Shown piece by piece: positions 41,141 to 56,105 of a stretch of 64,000 nt of DNA. Position 1 is the stretch's first letter. Each line of letters begins with the position of its first letter. The DNA comes from the human T2T-CHM13v2.0 reference genome, Homo sapiens: assembly GCF_009914755.1 (NCBI RefSeq), contig NC_060937.1. One strand, written 5' to 3'. Made by a program: the position numbers and the translations under genes. Below the pieces are notes generated by a model that was not told the origin of the DNA, did no database searches, and saw only the letters and a program-made list of their open reading frames with translations.

Positions 41141-44100
41141 TACGTTTGTGTGATTTACTGATTCATATCAGCTTCTCTCTGTAAACTGGAAGCTCTGTGA
41201 GTGAAGTGAATATTCTCAAATATATCCTTAGTACCTAGTACCCATCTTTTTTTGGTATTCAGTAAATATTTAAATGAAGGAATTCATAACATTGAACAAC
41301 CTCTCGTGTACAATTGGGTGGGTCTGTAGTTGGCTCTGTGCAGTTAGTGCCTGGTATCTGTTTGCTGCATTAACACAAACAGATGCCAAGTATTTCAGCA
41401 TTTATACAATTATAATTGTATAAATTACACACAGGATCTGCACCTAAGAAGTGATTAATAGATTAATGAATTTAGCATTTTTCTTAAGAGAAGTGTGTGC
41501 AAAAAGTCAGTACCACAAACCATATATTTTTTTCACCCAAAGAATGATAGACACTTCCATTTAAAATTTCAGCCCAACTGTTTTAGCCACATAGGTGATG
41601 TCTGTGGCATGATATTCATTGATATTGGCGTTTGGAAACAGTTAATAGTCACACTTAATTACTTCATGGAAAATGTTTGTTTTGGAGATGATATTAAAGG
41701 AGAGGCATAAATGAAATTAAGATGGGTATTTTTGAGCACCTAATTCCAGGAAGTACTACGCTAATCATTCTCCGATAGTTTTATGATAAGAGATTAAAAC
41801 TGAGGAAGACAGTGGGCCACAGATGGCACTAGCAGAAGTTTATGTACCCTAAACCAACACATGGTTGGGCAGCATTGTCATTATGATGTTCAAGGGACTG
41901 CCATTTCCAAAGTCATAAATATAAGCGTGTAGTTGGAGACAGGTTTTGGTTGAGAAAAATGTGACGCATAGATAGCAGCCAGCCTCCAATAAATCTGGGA
42001 TGATTTCACGGAAGAAATAGAACTTCTCTGGGGCATTGTTCCTCAGCAGATCAGGGGGTGGGTGCTCCAAGGCCCGCTGCCTTGGAAGAGGCTGAAAGTG
42101 AAGGGTGGATCTGGCCCTGCCAGCTCAGTTGAGGCGTAGGATTTCAGTGGCAAGTAAAGCTGTATTACAAGAGAAGAAAAGTTTAGGATTTGGAAAGTCT
42201 ATCCCCAGCACAGCATCTTAATTAAAGGAAAGAGTAAGGAAAAGCAGAGAGTAAAGTGGCTGTGAGTGCAGTAAAGAAGCAGAACTGGGGAAAGGAGAGC
42301 GAGGGAGGAAACAGTGATTGATAACGGGAGGACGAGGAGCCTGACTGTGATGGGGAAGGCCAGGTGGAGCCATGAAACCTGGAAGGAGAAGCTTTAAAAA
42401 TTTCACCGCAGGAAATTACAGGCCTGTTGAGAAACTTTACTACGTATGGCATCAAAACAGAGTAAGACTGACCATGAAAAAAGATCCTTTAACATAGTAA
42501 CTCGGAATTTTGCCTTTTTATGATTAATGTGGGAAAAGTAATTCTTAGAAATAAAAGGAAATGGAGGGAATATCAACATATGAATTTTATTTTGTGCTCT
42601 TTTTCTGAATGCTAAATCGTTTAAAATGAATCCTTAATAAGAAAAAGGAATAAGCCTTTGTCTGGAATGTAAAGAAAGAAAGAATTTTTCCACTATTCAA
42701 ATAGAATTAAATATTGCATTGGGGCATTGTAATAGTTTTCTATAATATAAACTAATTGATTCTAAGTGAGATTTTAAAATCTAAGATGAGCATGATTTTG
42801 GAAAATAGCTCATTATTGCTGAAATTGTTTCGAACAGGAAATATAAAATCAAGAAGCAACTTTAAATAATTAACAAACTTGTCTACTTGGGGATTTATTT
42901 TTATTTAAAAAAAAAAACTAATCCTTTTTTCCCCTCAATGTTTTCAGTGGTTCAAACTTAGTGGAATAAACCTAATGAAGTAATATTCTCATACATGATA
43001 TGAAAGTAAATTTGATTCAAGCTTTTATGTAGTTCTTCTGACATAGGTCATCTTAGTGACAGATTGCCACCTACCAGATGCCATTTTAGGCCACTTTCTC
43101 CCCCAAAAACTTTTTTTAAAAAAGGAAAGTAATTCTCTTTATTCTTCAGTATCACTATGCTAGAGTTAGGAGTTGTCCAGAAAGTTACAGTTTGGGTCCA
43201 GATGGTCTACAGAGCTCACCTCTTTGTTTTTAAAAATTCGATAGGGTGAAATGAGCTTCCAACACTTAAAGCTCCAATCATGGAACATCTGACTCATAAA
43301 GCGATGTTTGAAGCTGTATTTTTTGTGACTTCTCCATGTTGTTTTACTTTGTTTCATTGAGTTGTTTATATTCATTCGTGTTGTATGTCTCTTGCCTTCT
43401 TTAAGTTAGTTCTTAGTTGTCTTTCCTTTTGATGTCCTTGGCACCGACCTGGTCCTCCCCCCGACCCCACAATTCTGTTTCCAGTTCAGTAGTAGTTACT
43501 TAAGGGTGTCTCCTCCCATGTTCCTTAGAGCAAGTGCCTTTCTAAACTTTCATACTAGCCATGTGGCATAAGTGTCTGTTTAGTTTATCTTTCCCAATTT
43601 TTGCCTAGAGACTCCTCTTAAGCTGTTTACTGCCAAAATCACCATTGCAGTTAATTCTAAAGCCATTGTATAAGCCCCCAAGCCCTTCAGACATGTCAAG
43701 GAAAGTAGCTGTGTTCATTAAGGACAATACTTAGTGCTTTCAATTGCTGACAAAGGGAACATGCTGCATTTCCAGCGACTTCCTAACAGTGTCACCTGTG
43801 TATACAGAGAACCCTCAAAGACCTGATATGTGTATGTCAGACTCAGAAGATTGCCCAAGAAAATAACTAGTTTGCTAAATGGATTGTAAACAAAATGTTA
43901 TCAGTTTAACCCCTCACTTCCACTCAGCTCTAGAGAAGAATGGGGGTTCACTTACGCCCTTTAGATGAGAAACTTTTTGAGGACAGCATGTTCTGTAGCG
44001 TGAAGAAGACAACTCGGGAAGTGTCTAAGGAATGGAAGACAAGAAGGAGGGGAGGGCCAGAAGAGAAACCACAGGAGCCCCCTTCTCAGTCACCGCCAGT

Positions 44101-44208
44101 TAGGCTCCTTCAGACAACCCTGTGACTTGCTTTATAAGGTATGTCGAAACAAATGAACCTAGATCATTTTGAGTAATTCCATGTCATCCACACACATTGG
44201 CCTCCCAG

Positions 44209-44615
44209 TGTTACAGGAAAGAGGTCCCGATCCAGACCCAAGAGAGGGTTCTTGGATCTTGCACAAGAAAGAATTCAGGGCGAGTCCATAGAGTAAAGTG
44301 AAAGCAAGTTTTTTAAGAAAGTAGAGGAATAAAAGAATGACTATTCCATAGGCAGAGCTGGTGGGAGTGTAGCAGTGAGAATGAACAGAGGTCGTACCTG
44401 TCACCATCTTGGTTTGGTGGGTTTTGGCTGGCTTCTTTATTGCAACCTGTTTTATCAGCAAGGTCTTTATGACCTGTATTTTGTGCCAACCTTGTATCTC
44501 ATCCTGTGACTTAGAATGCCTTAATTGTCTGGGAATGCAAGCCCAGTAGGTCTCAGCTTCATTTTACCCAGCCCCTATTCAAGATGGAGTTGCTGTGGTT
44601 CAAACGCCTCTGACA
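44209..44615 (-). mobile_element. MER41 (A-like) ERV1 solo LTR with internal deletion
   Basis: tgttacaggaaagaggtcccgatccagaccc..caagatggagttgctgtggttcaaacgcctctgaca; flanks cccag/accag. Confidence 0.88.
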
Positions 44616-47453
44616 ACCAGTACCTCAGGCTCTCAACTCTCTGAAGCACAGTTCCTGCCTTCCCATCGCCCCAGCACCTTCCACTCACTCTGTCTCCACT
44701 CACGTCCATCACCACTTCCCCAGGCACAGGAGCTTAAAACCATCAGCTGCCTTCCCACTCTCTCTCCCTCATCCCTCACATCCAGAGCAGGGTCATGAGT
44801 GTTCACTCCTGCAGCTGTGTCGTTTGTGTGTCCCAGCATTTATAGCATTCTACCACCGGTCTCCTTGCAGATCACCATGCGATTTGCTCCCAGAGGGCAC
44901 AAGCCATGTGCACACATACTTGGTCTATGGGGCATGTGGACGGGGCAGGAGAGCAGAGGGCATTTGGCTCTGAGGACAAGAATTTAAGTCAACTCAAAGA
45001 ATCAGGACTTTGTGTATCTTCTTTTGTTGTGGTTTATTCCCACAAAAGCGTATCTTAAACTCTCATTCTCTGCTAGTGACTCTTTTTGAGAAATGCTTTA
45101 TCGAGCACCTGGGACAATATCTCCAGTGGTGTCACTAATTGAAGGTGGCTACTGAGAGGGACAGCAGGAGGCTCTCTTGGCCACTGGCCTTGACCTTAGA
45201 AGTTCAGGGCTGTAACCTAAACATGCTAAACTTTATTAAATATGCCAGCCAGGATCTTTGGTTACAATGAAGGAAAAAAATGGACGTTACTTAATAAACA
45301 GAAAAAGAATGCATAGACAGTTATCATGCAATCCATAGAATATATGAAAAAGCCGAAGAACCAGGCTGAGAAAGCTGGTAGAAGCCAAGGAGGCTACTTC
45401 GGACCACCTGATCAAGACCCAACCCTAGCACTGCCACCACTGGATGTGCACCTCTGCTGGCGATGGATTCTGGACTCCACCCTCCAAGTAATCTTTGAGG
45501 TGGCCAGTGCTGGCAGGCGCATCTGATGGACAAGCCCAGGTCTCCCACTGTGCACCAGCTGTTTCCTTTCTGCAGTGGTTCTTCAAGCAGATTTATGCAA
45601 ACAGCCCCAAATGTGTTTTAGGACAGTCCTGGCGATACCCACATTCTCCTGCAAATAATAGGAGGAAAATGTCTTTTTCATTTGGCTTCCATAGGGGAAA
45701 GAGTTAGGAGGAAAATCCTAGACTTTTTCTTGAATATCTTCTCCCAGTGAGAAGACATATTTGCCTAACTCAATCGATAATTGATTAAGTTTAAGAAATT
45801 AAACTTTTTTGAAAATTCAGTAATGCACACAGACAAAGCAAGAGTTTTTCCCGTGAGAAAAATAAGGCAGACCTGAGCTTGATACACTTTAAAAAGGTAG
45901 GTGGTGAAGAAGAGGTGGCCTCCTAGACAAAGCCACAGCGGCGTAGGCCTGTCCATGGAGTGGCCTGTCCATGGGGTACTGTTTTGGGCACAGTGACAGC
46001 AAGGAATAATCAGTTATCAGATAATCCTAAGATCAGAAATTGACTACATGTAATCATACATAATTCGTCAGTGTCTAAAGCAATTTGAATAACAATTTTC
46101 CTTTCCCTCACGCTTCCAAGAAAATCCAGCGGCTAATCCATAGATGGCTATCTCTTGGCAAACTTTGCTTTTTGTGAAGTAGCCACATGTCCCATCAGAT
46201 TAAAAAGTGTAATTTCTTTGTTTTCACAGGATACTGTCCAGTCAGGAACAACAAAAAAAAAAAAAAAAAAGGAAGAGGGGAAAAATGTGATTAGTATTAT
46301 GTCATTTTATTAATGAAGGCACTGGTAGTTTCACACTTAAGTAAATCAGTTATTACAAGCAAGGAAAGTTGCTCTCCAGCCATAATCCTGACAGGCCTCA
46401 GGGGTATTGAAAGGTTCCAGATGACTTTTGTTTTTGCAGCAGAATTTAGGCATTGTGAACTTCTTTCTAGAACACAGGTCAGTTCATATAAATCTGCTGG
46501 AAGAACCTTTACAATAAGGAAATGGTATTGATAAGCTACCATTTTTCCATTCCCAGGAGCTACTATTTATTGTTACAAGTTACGTTCCCCTAAATGAAAA
46601 AGGCAACCTCACCTATCCCTTCATGCCCCCAAAGCTATTCAGCATAAGTTAATCTTTTCAACAGAAGCAGCCAACTTTTCTAGCAAAGGAATTTGCAGTC
46701 TTTGTGGTTTGGGTAAAAAGGTGGCTCATTTTACCAGTTTCTTGATGAAATATGTTTCATGATAAATTCAATCTTTCCTCAGAAAAATTCCCCAAATCTA
46801 CTTTTCTGTGCAAAATTCAGCATGAAAGCCTTTCTCTGTTGAAGCAGCCAAAGATTGAGTTTGTGTAGACCTGGGCAAACAGTTTCAGGTCCAAGGTTAA
46901 GGATATTTATTGCTGGAGGTATTACATGTATTCGTATCCAGGAAGAACAAAATTCAACACCTTGACACTGGTTTTCAAATATATTAATTTACTTTCTTTT
47001 GTTTGGGGGGCATTTTTTTTTCTCCCTGCCCTCCTTTTAATCCTTTTCCACACTTGGTAGAATGTGGAAGGATTTTTGCCAGGGGTAACTAGCAAAGCTA
47101 TACAATGTGTTAATACACAGGAGATCTGCTGGTTTCTTGCACAGACTTCAGAGAAAGCTGCTTGCACTCTGACTTTGGCATAACATGCAGGAAATTCCTC
47201 ATTGGTCTGCCCAATGCAATAAACAGACCTCCTGCATCTAACCACATCCATGCTGAAGTTTCTCATGTGGGGTTGCTTTTGCTTTTTCTGTAAAAGTTAA
47301 GGGTCCCAGCATTCCCATTCCACACTTTCTTTAGCTCCTTGGCTTTGGAATTTGTGTAGGACTGTGCTTGAGAGTTAATAGGACTTGTGGCTTTATTTTT
47401 TAATGTTCGTTATGTATACAAAAAGGATAGACTAGGTAAACGTGTCCTCCATG

Positions 47454-47500
<47 letters not shown>
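47454..47500. repeat. (GA)n interrupted microsatellite
   Basis: Directly visible. Confidence 0.95.
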
Positions 47501-47501
<1 letters not shown>

Positions 47502-47619
47502 ATAGATGCTCTTGATATACCTTACAGCTTGATAAGAAAGCCAGAAGTCACCATTTGCCTGTGGGTACTCTTTAGGGACATTGCTTGCTCTATTCACTGC
47601 AGGTGTTTCCCTCAGTAAC

Positions 47620-47756
47620 CCCTGCTACTCAAAGTGTGGTCCCCAAGGCAGCAACATCAGCCTCATCAGAGGGCTTGTAGAAATGCTGAGTCTCAGGCCC
47701 CAGCCCAGAACTACTGGACTAGAGTCTACATTTTAACTAAGCCCCAGGTAATTCAA
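47620..47756 (+). mobile_element. MER5A fragment
   Basis: gctactcaaagtgtggtcc..gcaacatcagc..gcttgtagaaatgc..tctcaggccccagcccaga..cattttaac. Confidence 0.75.
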
Positions 47757-48769
47757 AGAACCTAAAAGGCAGAGAGGTCCTGGGTGATACGCCATGCCAC
47801 CAGAGTGCCTGAGTCCATTTCAGTAAGGACGCCATGGGAGGGTGTGAGGGGAAAGCAGGCTGACCACTGGGGCAAAGAGAAAAAAGAGCCTGGAAGGACT
47901 CGCCTGAGTTCAATTATGCTCATTAATTCAATTTGAGGCAGGAATGTGTGTAAATAAACGCTGGCAGCTGCAGCGGCTCTGTTTCCCGCAGGGCTCAGGC
48001 AGGAATGCAGGGGCCATTGGACGTAAAAACCTGACTCGGCATTGGGTGGATGTTTCTGCAACCACGAGATAATGACGGAAAAGATGGTATTATCATTATC
48101 GTATTAGGAAAGTCTTAATGCAGAGTTAAGTGCCAAACCAAGTGGAACTGGAGAGGCTGTGTTAGCATAGATAAAATCTTCATTATTTGAAAAGATTAAG
48201 CTTACTTGACTGCTCCCTCTTCTATTTTTTAAGTCAATACAGATCGGATTTCCAGGGGGTTACAATGAGTAGGACAGCGCCATGGTCAGACGCAGCCTGT
48301 CAGTGTTTCCAAGTAAATAACCTGTTCGCATCCACTTTTTCTCATACAAAAAAGACTAAGTTCGTGAGAAACAGGAAAGAGAAAATTGAATTATGTAGGT
48401 TAAGAACAACTCCATTGTACCATAAACCTGTGATATGTTTATTGTTTAATTTTTGGCTCACAGTGTGTTCATTCATTGTTTTGAGGGCTAGGCAGTGATC
48501 ACCAGTTAGCCAGTTAATGTTTGTTAAACCCCATGCGGCATGCTGGGCAAAGACACTTGCTCACTTAACCATTGGAAGATGGCTCTTGTTTGTACTGTCA
48601 TTTTTAGAAGCTCATTGAATATTATGAATTCTAAAGAGATGTCTGTTTTGCAGCTTAAAAATTAGCCACAAATCCCAAGCGTCTACTCACTGATGGAGGG
48701 GCGCTATAAATGAAGAGAGTTGTGTTCTTCTTAAACTGGGCATGTTGTCCTTAAAGCCCCTGTGCCTGA

Positions 48770-48821
<52 letters not shown>

Positions 48822-48853
48822 GTGATGGTGATGATGGTGATGGTGATGATGAT
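48770..48853. repeat. (GAT)17 plus GGT-interrupted triplets (28 units), next to a MIR at about 48860-49040
   Basis: Directly visible. Confidence 0.95.
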
Positions 48854-49139
48854 GGCAGCAGCTACCCACAAGCTGGGCACTTTATTCAAGCTATATATAT
48901 TTAATTCACACTGTACCTATTCTCTATGAGAAACCGAAACCAAGTCCTAGTGAAGTTAACAGCCCTGCTCAAGATCACACAGCCAGGAGTGGGGCTGGGC
49001 TCTGACCTCAGGCTGTCTCCAGGGCTTCTAACAGCAGCCATTCACCCTCAGCTCCCCTGCTGTCTCACTCTCTAGCTCTCCCTCTCCAGTGTGTGGCATG
49101 CTTTCTCTGCACTCTCAGAGCTCGCTGCATACTCTTATG

Positions 49140-49315
49140 AAAAAATACAAATTAGCTGGGCGTGGTGGTGGGTGCCTGTAATTCCAGTACTCAGGAGGCT
49201 GAGGCAGGAGAATTGCTTGAACCCAGGAGGCGGAGGTTGCACTGAACTGAAATTGCACCTTGCACTCCAGCCTGGGCAACAAGAGTGAAACTCCATCTCA
49301 AAAAAAGGAAAAAAA
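49140..49315 (+). mobile_element. 5'-truncated AluS (right arm only)
   Basis: Starts at the linker aaaaatacaaattagctggg and ends ctccatctcaaaaaaa. Confidence 0.88.
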
Positions 49316-50849
49316 GGAGAAAATACTTGTGTTATGATTACAAACTGGGGTGTGTGCAAGTCTCTCACCCACTGGACTGTCAGGAGTTTTAGAGACGGGA
49401 CTGGCATGGAATAAGCCCTAGGTTCACAGCAATTCCTTCCTCCTTCATGCGGACAGGCCCGTGTCTTCACTCCTGTGCCTTGCACTGGTCCTGTGGGATG
49501 ACTAGAGAGACAGTCTGGCATTGCCAACATGTAGTGGACATCTGGGGAAGAGTGGAGAACGCTTGTCCCCTGGCTTCTCCCAGCTTCTTGTCACAGCCAG
49601 AGAAAGACCTCCCCTATCAGCCACTGCAGGTAAAACCAGAGAAAACCTCACCACCTCCCAGTCTGCTGCACTGCCTGAAGCATGTGTGGATGTTGATGTG
49701 GCCTGCGTGTGCAAGTCAGGGTCATGCAGGAAAACCTTGCAAGTTCCTGAGACCTTGAGCGACCTTCTTGGTGGAGACACTGCTTTTACCTTAGGAGAGG
49801 TGATTTAAAATCTGGCTGAGAATGACAGGAAGCAGAGCAAGGAGTATGGGTCTCTGGTTATTTTATCCCTTTTGTGCACATGGCCTTTTCCCTTTAGGAG
49901 AAATGGAGTTCAGGGGGCCAGAAAGATGAGAAATGGGGTTCTTCAGACTTACCTGTCTAGGCCACCCTCAGTGTTACTCCCTTGTACCGACATGGTGGGA
50001 GAATGGTTAATGGAAGGACAGTGGGGCCTTTCACTCCTGCCTCCTGAACCTCCACCTTTGGGAGGGTCAGTGGCCCTTAGCAAACCAGGACAAGTTGGAG
50101 TTACATGGGTCTCTGTTCCCTTCTCCATCACAGCAGCTTTGGGAAGGATTCAACAAGTTTATGTCAGTCCTTGGGGATTGGGGATGATGGCTGCACAGTG
50201 TTGGAGGAAGGAAATCATGTCGGGACCTCATTCCCTGCCACTCACCACCCACACGCCCCACTCCCAAGTATTCAAGGGCCAATTTGTTTGTGGATAAAGC
50301 AGATCCCCCGCTTCTGCTCCCACTTCTCGCGGGTGCCTTCTAGCTTCCTTTGCTCATTAGCAGGCTCTTAGAAGGCAGGCTGCAGAAGGAGGCAAGAGAT
50401 CACTCCAAAATCAGAAGTGCTTTGGCTGGCACTTCCCAGCAGCTTCCTTGGGAAGATAGAGGATGTTGTGATCGCCTGGTCTGGGACAGTGATGAGCTTT
50501 CTCCCTCCTGATCCTCTGTCAGATGCAGGCAGTCCCCGCTGCTCTGAGCTCTTCAACTGTTACTCTAACCTTGGCCTGAGACTCTCCTAAGCATGCTTTG
50601 AAAAGTAAAATTCGTGAGAATGGGGCCCAAACATGAGAGCACCTGGGTGAACAGAGTTTGATTTCATTGCCCCTGCGGCTTCTCCTGCCCCACTCAGGCA
50701 CTTGCCCTCCTCCCACGAGCCATCCCAGATCCCTGGGGCCCTTCTGCATCACCTCTGACGAGTCCACTCTTGTCCCCTCTCCTGGCCTCTGCCGACTGTT
50801 GACTCTGCAGGGAACACAGGAACTCTCTACAGAGATGTAAGGGGCTTGA

Positions 50850-51420
<571 letters not shown>

Positions 51421-52894
51421 TAATAGTGCCTGTCCTGCCCAGCTCATCTGCAGAGCCCCCGGGGTTGGCGACTGCAGCAGTCTCAGCACATCAGTCCCGA
51501 ACCAGAGAAATTGCAGTGTCCTGCTGTTTTTCATTATGCTATTTTCTTCCTATTTATTCTATGGTCTTGTTTCTCTTAGAATTAAACAATCAGAAACTGA
51601 TATGAGGGGAATTCAATCAGAGCAGGGTATTTGTGGAGCCAGGGCATTTCTCCTCTTTGACACAGCCACATGGCTTGTTTTCATGCATTACTCCTTAATA
51701 ATGTGTTTATTTATCTAGACTCACACGATTCTCTCTTGCCCTGGGTAATCCACTATTAACCGTTAATAACCAGGATCCCTAGTGAAGGAAGGGATTTTTC
51801 AAAGAAAAGCAAAGGGAATTGCAGGTTTGAAATTCTAGAGAGAATTTCGGTGGGGGTGAGAATACACCCTCACTGAAGAGAATGTGGGAAAATAACTGAG
51901 AGTGCTCTTCAAGAGGCAGATGTTGTACTTCTGCTGATGCTCCACTGTATTCAAGCTGCATTTTGTTTGAAAGAAGCTTTTCCTCCAAGAATATTACAGT
52001 AGTTAGTTCTGAAATTGACAAGCAATGTTATATCACGTCTTGGATAAAGTATATATATTTATGTATCTGTAACTAATGAATACTGACATTAAGCTTTCCA
52101 AATTACTTAATAGGACACCTGTCCCTCCCAAAAGAAAAGTTGGAATGTCGGGGTGGTGATGGTGGAATAGCGTATTTGTTGCTGGGATGAGGTCATAAAG
52201 CTAACTTAACTCTTGTTCTGAAAGAGTCTCAGTGTGGAAACGGTGGCACTTGCCCTGGCTGGGTTTGACTGTGTGAGTTTTGTGTTTTGTAATTAGAAGG
52301 GAGGTGTGCCTCTGCTTTATGGACAATGCCTGGCAAATGCTGCCCTCCCTATTTTTGTCGCATCTGCAAGTATGGTATGCATCTTGTAAACAGGTCACTA
52401 ATTCCAGGCTAGGGGCTGGAAGGCAGCTATAATCTCGCTCACGTGGTTTCACCCGCTCCATGTGCGCTGGATGCCGACAGCACGAGGGGAAGCCTCTGAG
52501 AGCGCGGCTTCGTGGGGCAGAGCATCTCCCAGGCCCACTCCATGGAAATCTCTTCCAAGTGGCAGCCCAGAGCCTCTTCGTGCCATCTGATAGCTGTTCC
52601 ATAGCGTATAGGAAAACAGCTGAGACTCAGGGCCTTCTCCAGAGGGAGCGCCAGAGATTACTGCCAGGAGAGTGGGAAATGGTGAGAAAAACATGAGGTG
52701 GCTTCCACTCTGCAAGCCCTTAGTACTACATAGGCTTTATTTACATGGTATTGCTGGTTGCTCATTGTAGGGTCAAATTTATGAAGAAAGGGGTAATCAG
52801 CTCAGGCACATTGACAACAGCTGGTCTGCTAGCTGACCCAGAACACTTTTCCATATACCAGCCAACAATGCATAATGTCTAAGTAGGCTCTATA

Positions 52895-53516
<622 letters not shown>

Positions 53517-54460
53517 CCTCAGTCCAACTTTTATTATTAATAAATTCAGACAAGAGAGGAAAGGAAGACAACAAATGTTAATACTATGTGTCTTCTACAT
53601 GCAGGCCCTGAGCCAGGTGCTTTCTTTACATCCACCCTGTGAGCCATTTAGCTTTTAATCACTTCTTATTAAGTTTTGATTTGTCTATTGAGGATTCCCA
53701 GTTTGTTTGTGTTTTTTTTTAGTTTGATTCTTTTAACAGACCAATGATCATATCAATATGTTTTTGAATCTCAATGGAATACTTTTGAATAAATGCTTCT
53801 GTGGGCTGCTTATCCAATGAATAATCTAGAAATTCATTTCAACACACTAACATGGATATCACCACCATTTGAGTGACTTTTGAGGTCGTGGAAGTTGATG
53901 GCACTGCCCATGGAGAGTAGGCAAGGAGGCAGAAAGGAAAGAACCCAGACCCCCCCCCCCGCCCCACCCCCAGAGAACACTGGCATTTGCAGGACGAATA
54001 AACAGCCTTCTGCTTAACAAGGGTAGCACAGCACAGGCCAGCTAGACAGAGGTTCATGATCGCTCTGTAAGGATGCTTGGATAATTCAATCTTGTTTTCA
54101 CTTTATAAAAGTGAAATAGCTTTGGGCTGTTGTGAAATTCTCTGTCTGAAATTTTAGGTTAGGACCCAAACAATAACCTGATGTGAATTTAGTAGCACTG
54201 CACTTGTCCTCCTTAAACAACTTTATCTAAAAGATGCCTATAAATATTTTGTATAAAACTTCCGGAATTGGCTGATAAGGGGACTTTCCTTTTTCTTCTG
54301 CGTCAAGTTCAGAAAAAGCTAAAAGCAAAAAAGGAAGCAACCAAATATGGGCAGTATGCAGTAACTAATGAAGTGAGTGATGTGGCTTGGAATATACAAT
54401 GTGCTCAAATGTTTTACCGCTGGGTTCAACCCAGTTAGTATATAGAAGTTTGTAGAGTTC

Positions 54461-54835
<375 letters not shown>

Positions 54836-55125
54836 CTATTTCTGAAGTTCTCTTCTCTTCGTCACCTAAATATGGCAATTTTTTCCTACAATCTGTCAAC
54901 GACTATGCCAAGAAGCAAACAATGTGAGTTCTACCACATAAGAGAAACTTCCTTTATACATTCTCCACAAAAGATTTCAATGTTATTTCGTATACCATCT
55001 TCAGACAGTAATTTATTTGTTTTACTATTTTTGCTGTTGTTGCTTCAGGCCTGATCATTTTCCCCATTTCCTAATAGGAACCAATTTCCTGTTAATTGCT
55101 ATTAAATTTGTTTGCTCATCCTTTG

Positions 55126-55127
<2 letters not shown>

Positions 55128-55156
<29 letters not shown>
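55128..55156. repeat. (AT)14 microsatellite
   Basis: Directly visible. Confidence 0.93.
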
Positions 55157-55161
<5 letters not shown>

Positions 55162-55762
55162 TAAATGATTTTAAAAAATAATATATGGTCAAAAATCCTT
55201 GTATTGAAAGGATTGAAAATCCCCTAGGTGAAGGTTTGTATTAATACTTTTTGTTTAAATCACCTTCTTTTTTATCTATTTCTGAGCTATAGAACTCTTG
55301 AAGAAATAATTTCACTGTTCTTAAGAAAAACTCAGAGATGTGGTTTGGTCATAACCCTATTCACACTTGCTTGAGGCCCATTGGTGGATTAATGCTCTCC
55401 TTAAGAAGCATGATTATCTGAGGCTTGGTATAGGTTTTCAGGCACCTTAGCTCTTTTCCTGTTAGATGTCAGTATCATGGCTGCATCCTCCTTCCCCAGT
55501 GCATGACCACTCCTTGACCTTCACGGTGGTCAGTCTCCAGCAGCACTTACCTCCTGCCTATTTGTTCCTTCTAGAAATTCTTGCTGTTTTTTGCTTCTGA
55601 AGCATAATTCCTTCCTAGCTCCCTTGACTGTGACTTTGCCACTATTTCATTGCTTCATTCTCCTCCATGGCCCATTCCTTAAATGTAATTGGTCTGAAGG
55701 TTTTTTTTCCTCAGATACTTTTTTAAATTTTTTAACACTTTTTAAACTTTAAAAACAAATTT

Positions 55763-56105
<343 letters not shown>

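Noticed and set aside
45326-45526. Coding-looking stretch, possible processed pseudogene fragment
   Set aside because: No recognisable protein in the frames read, and no poly(A) or TSD.
48687-48869. Poly-histidine ORF
   Set aside because: Translation of the (GAT)n microsatellite on the minus strand.
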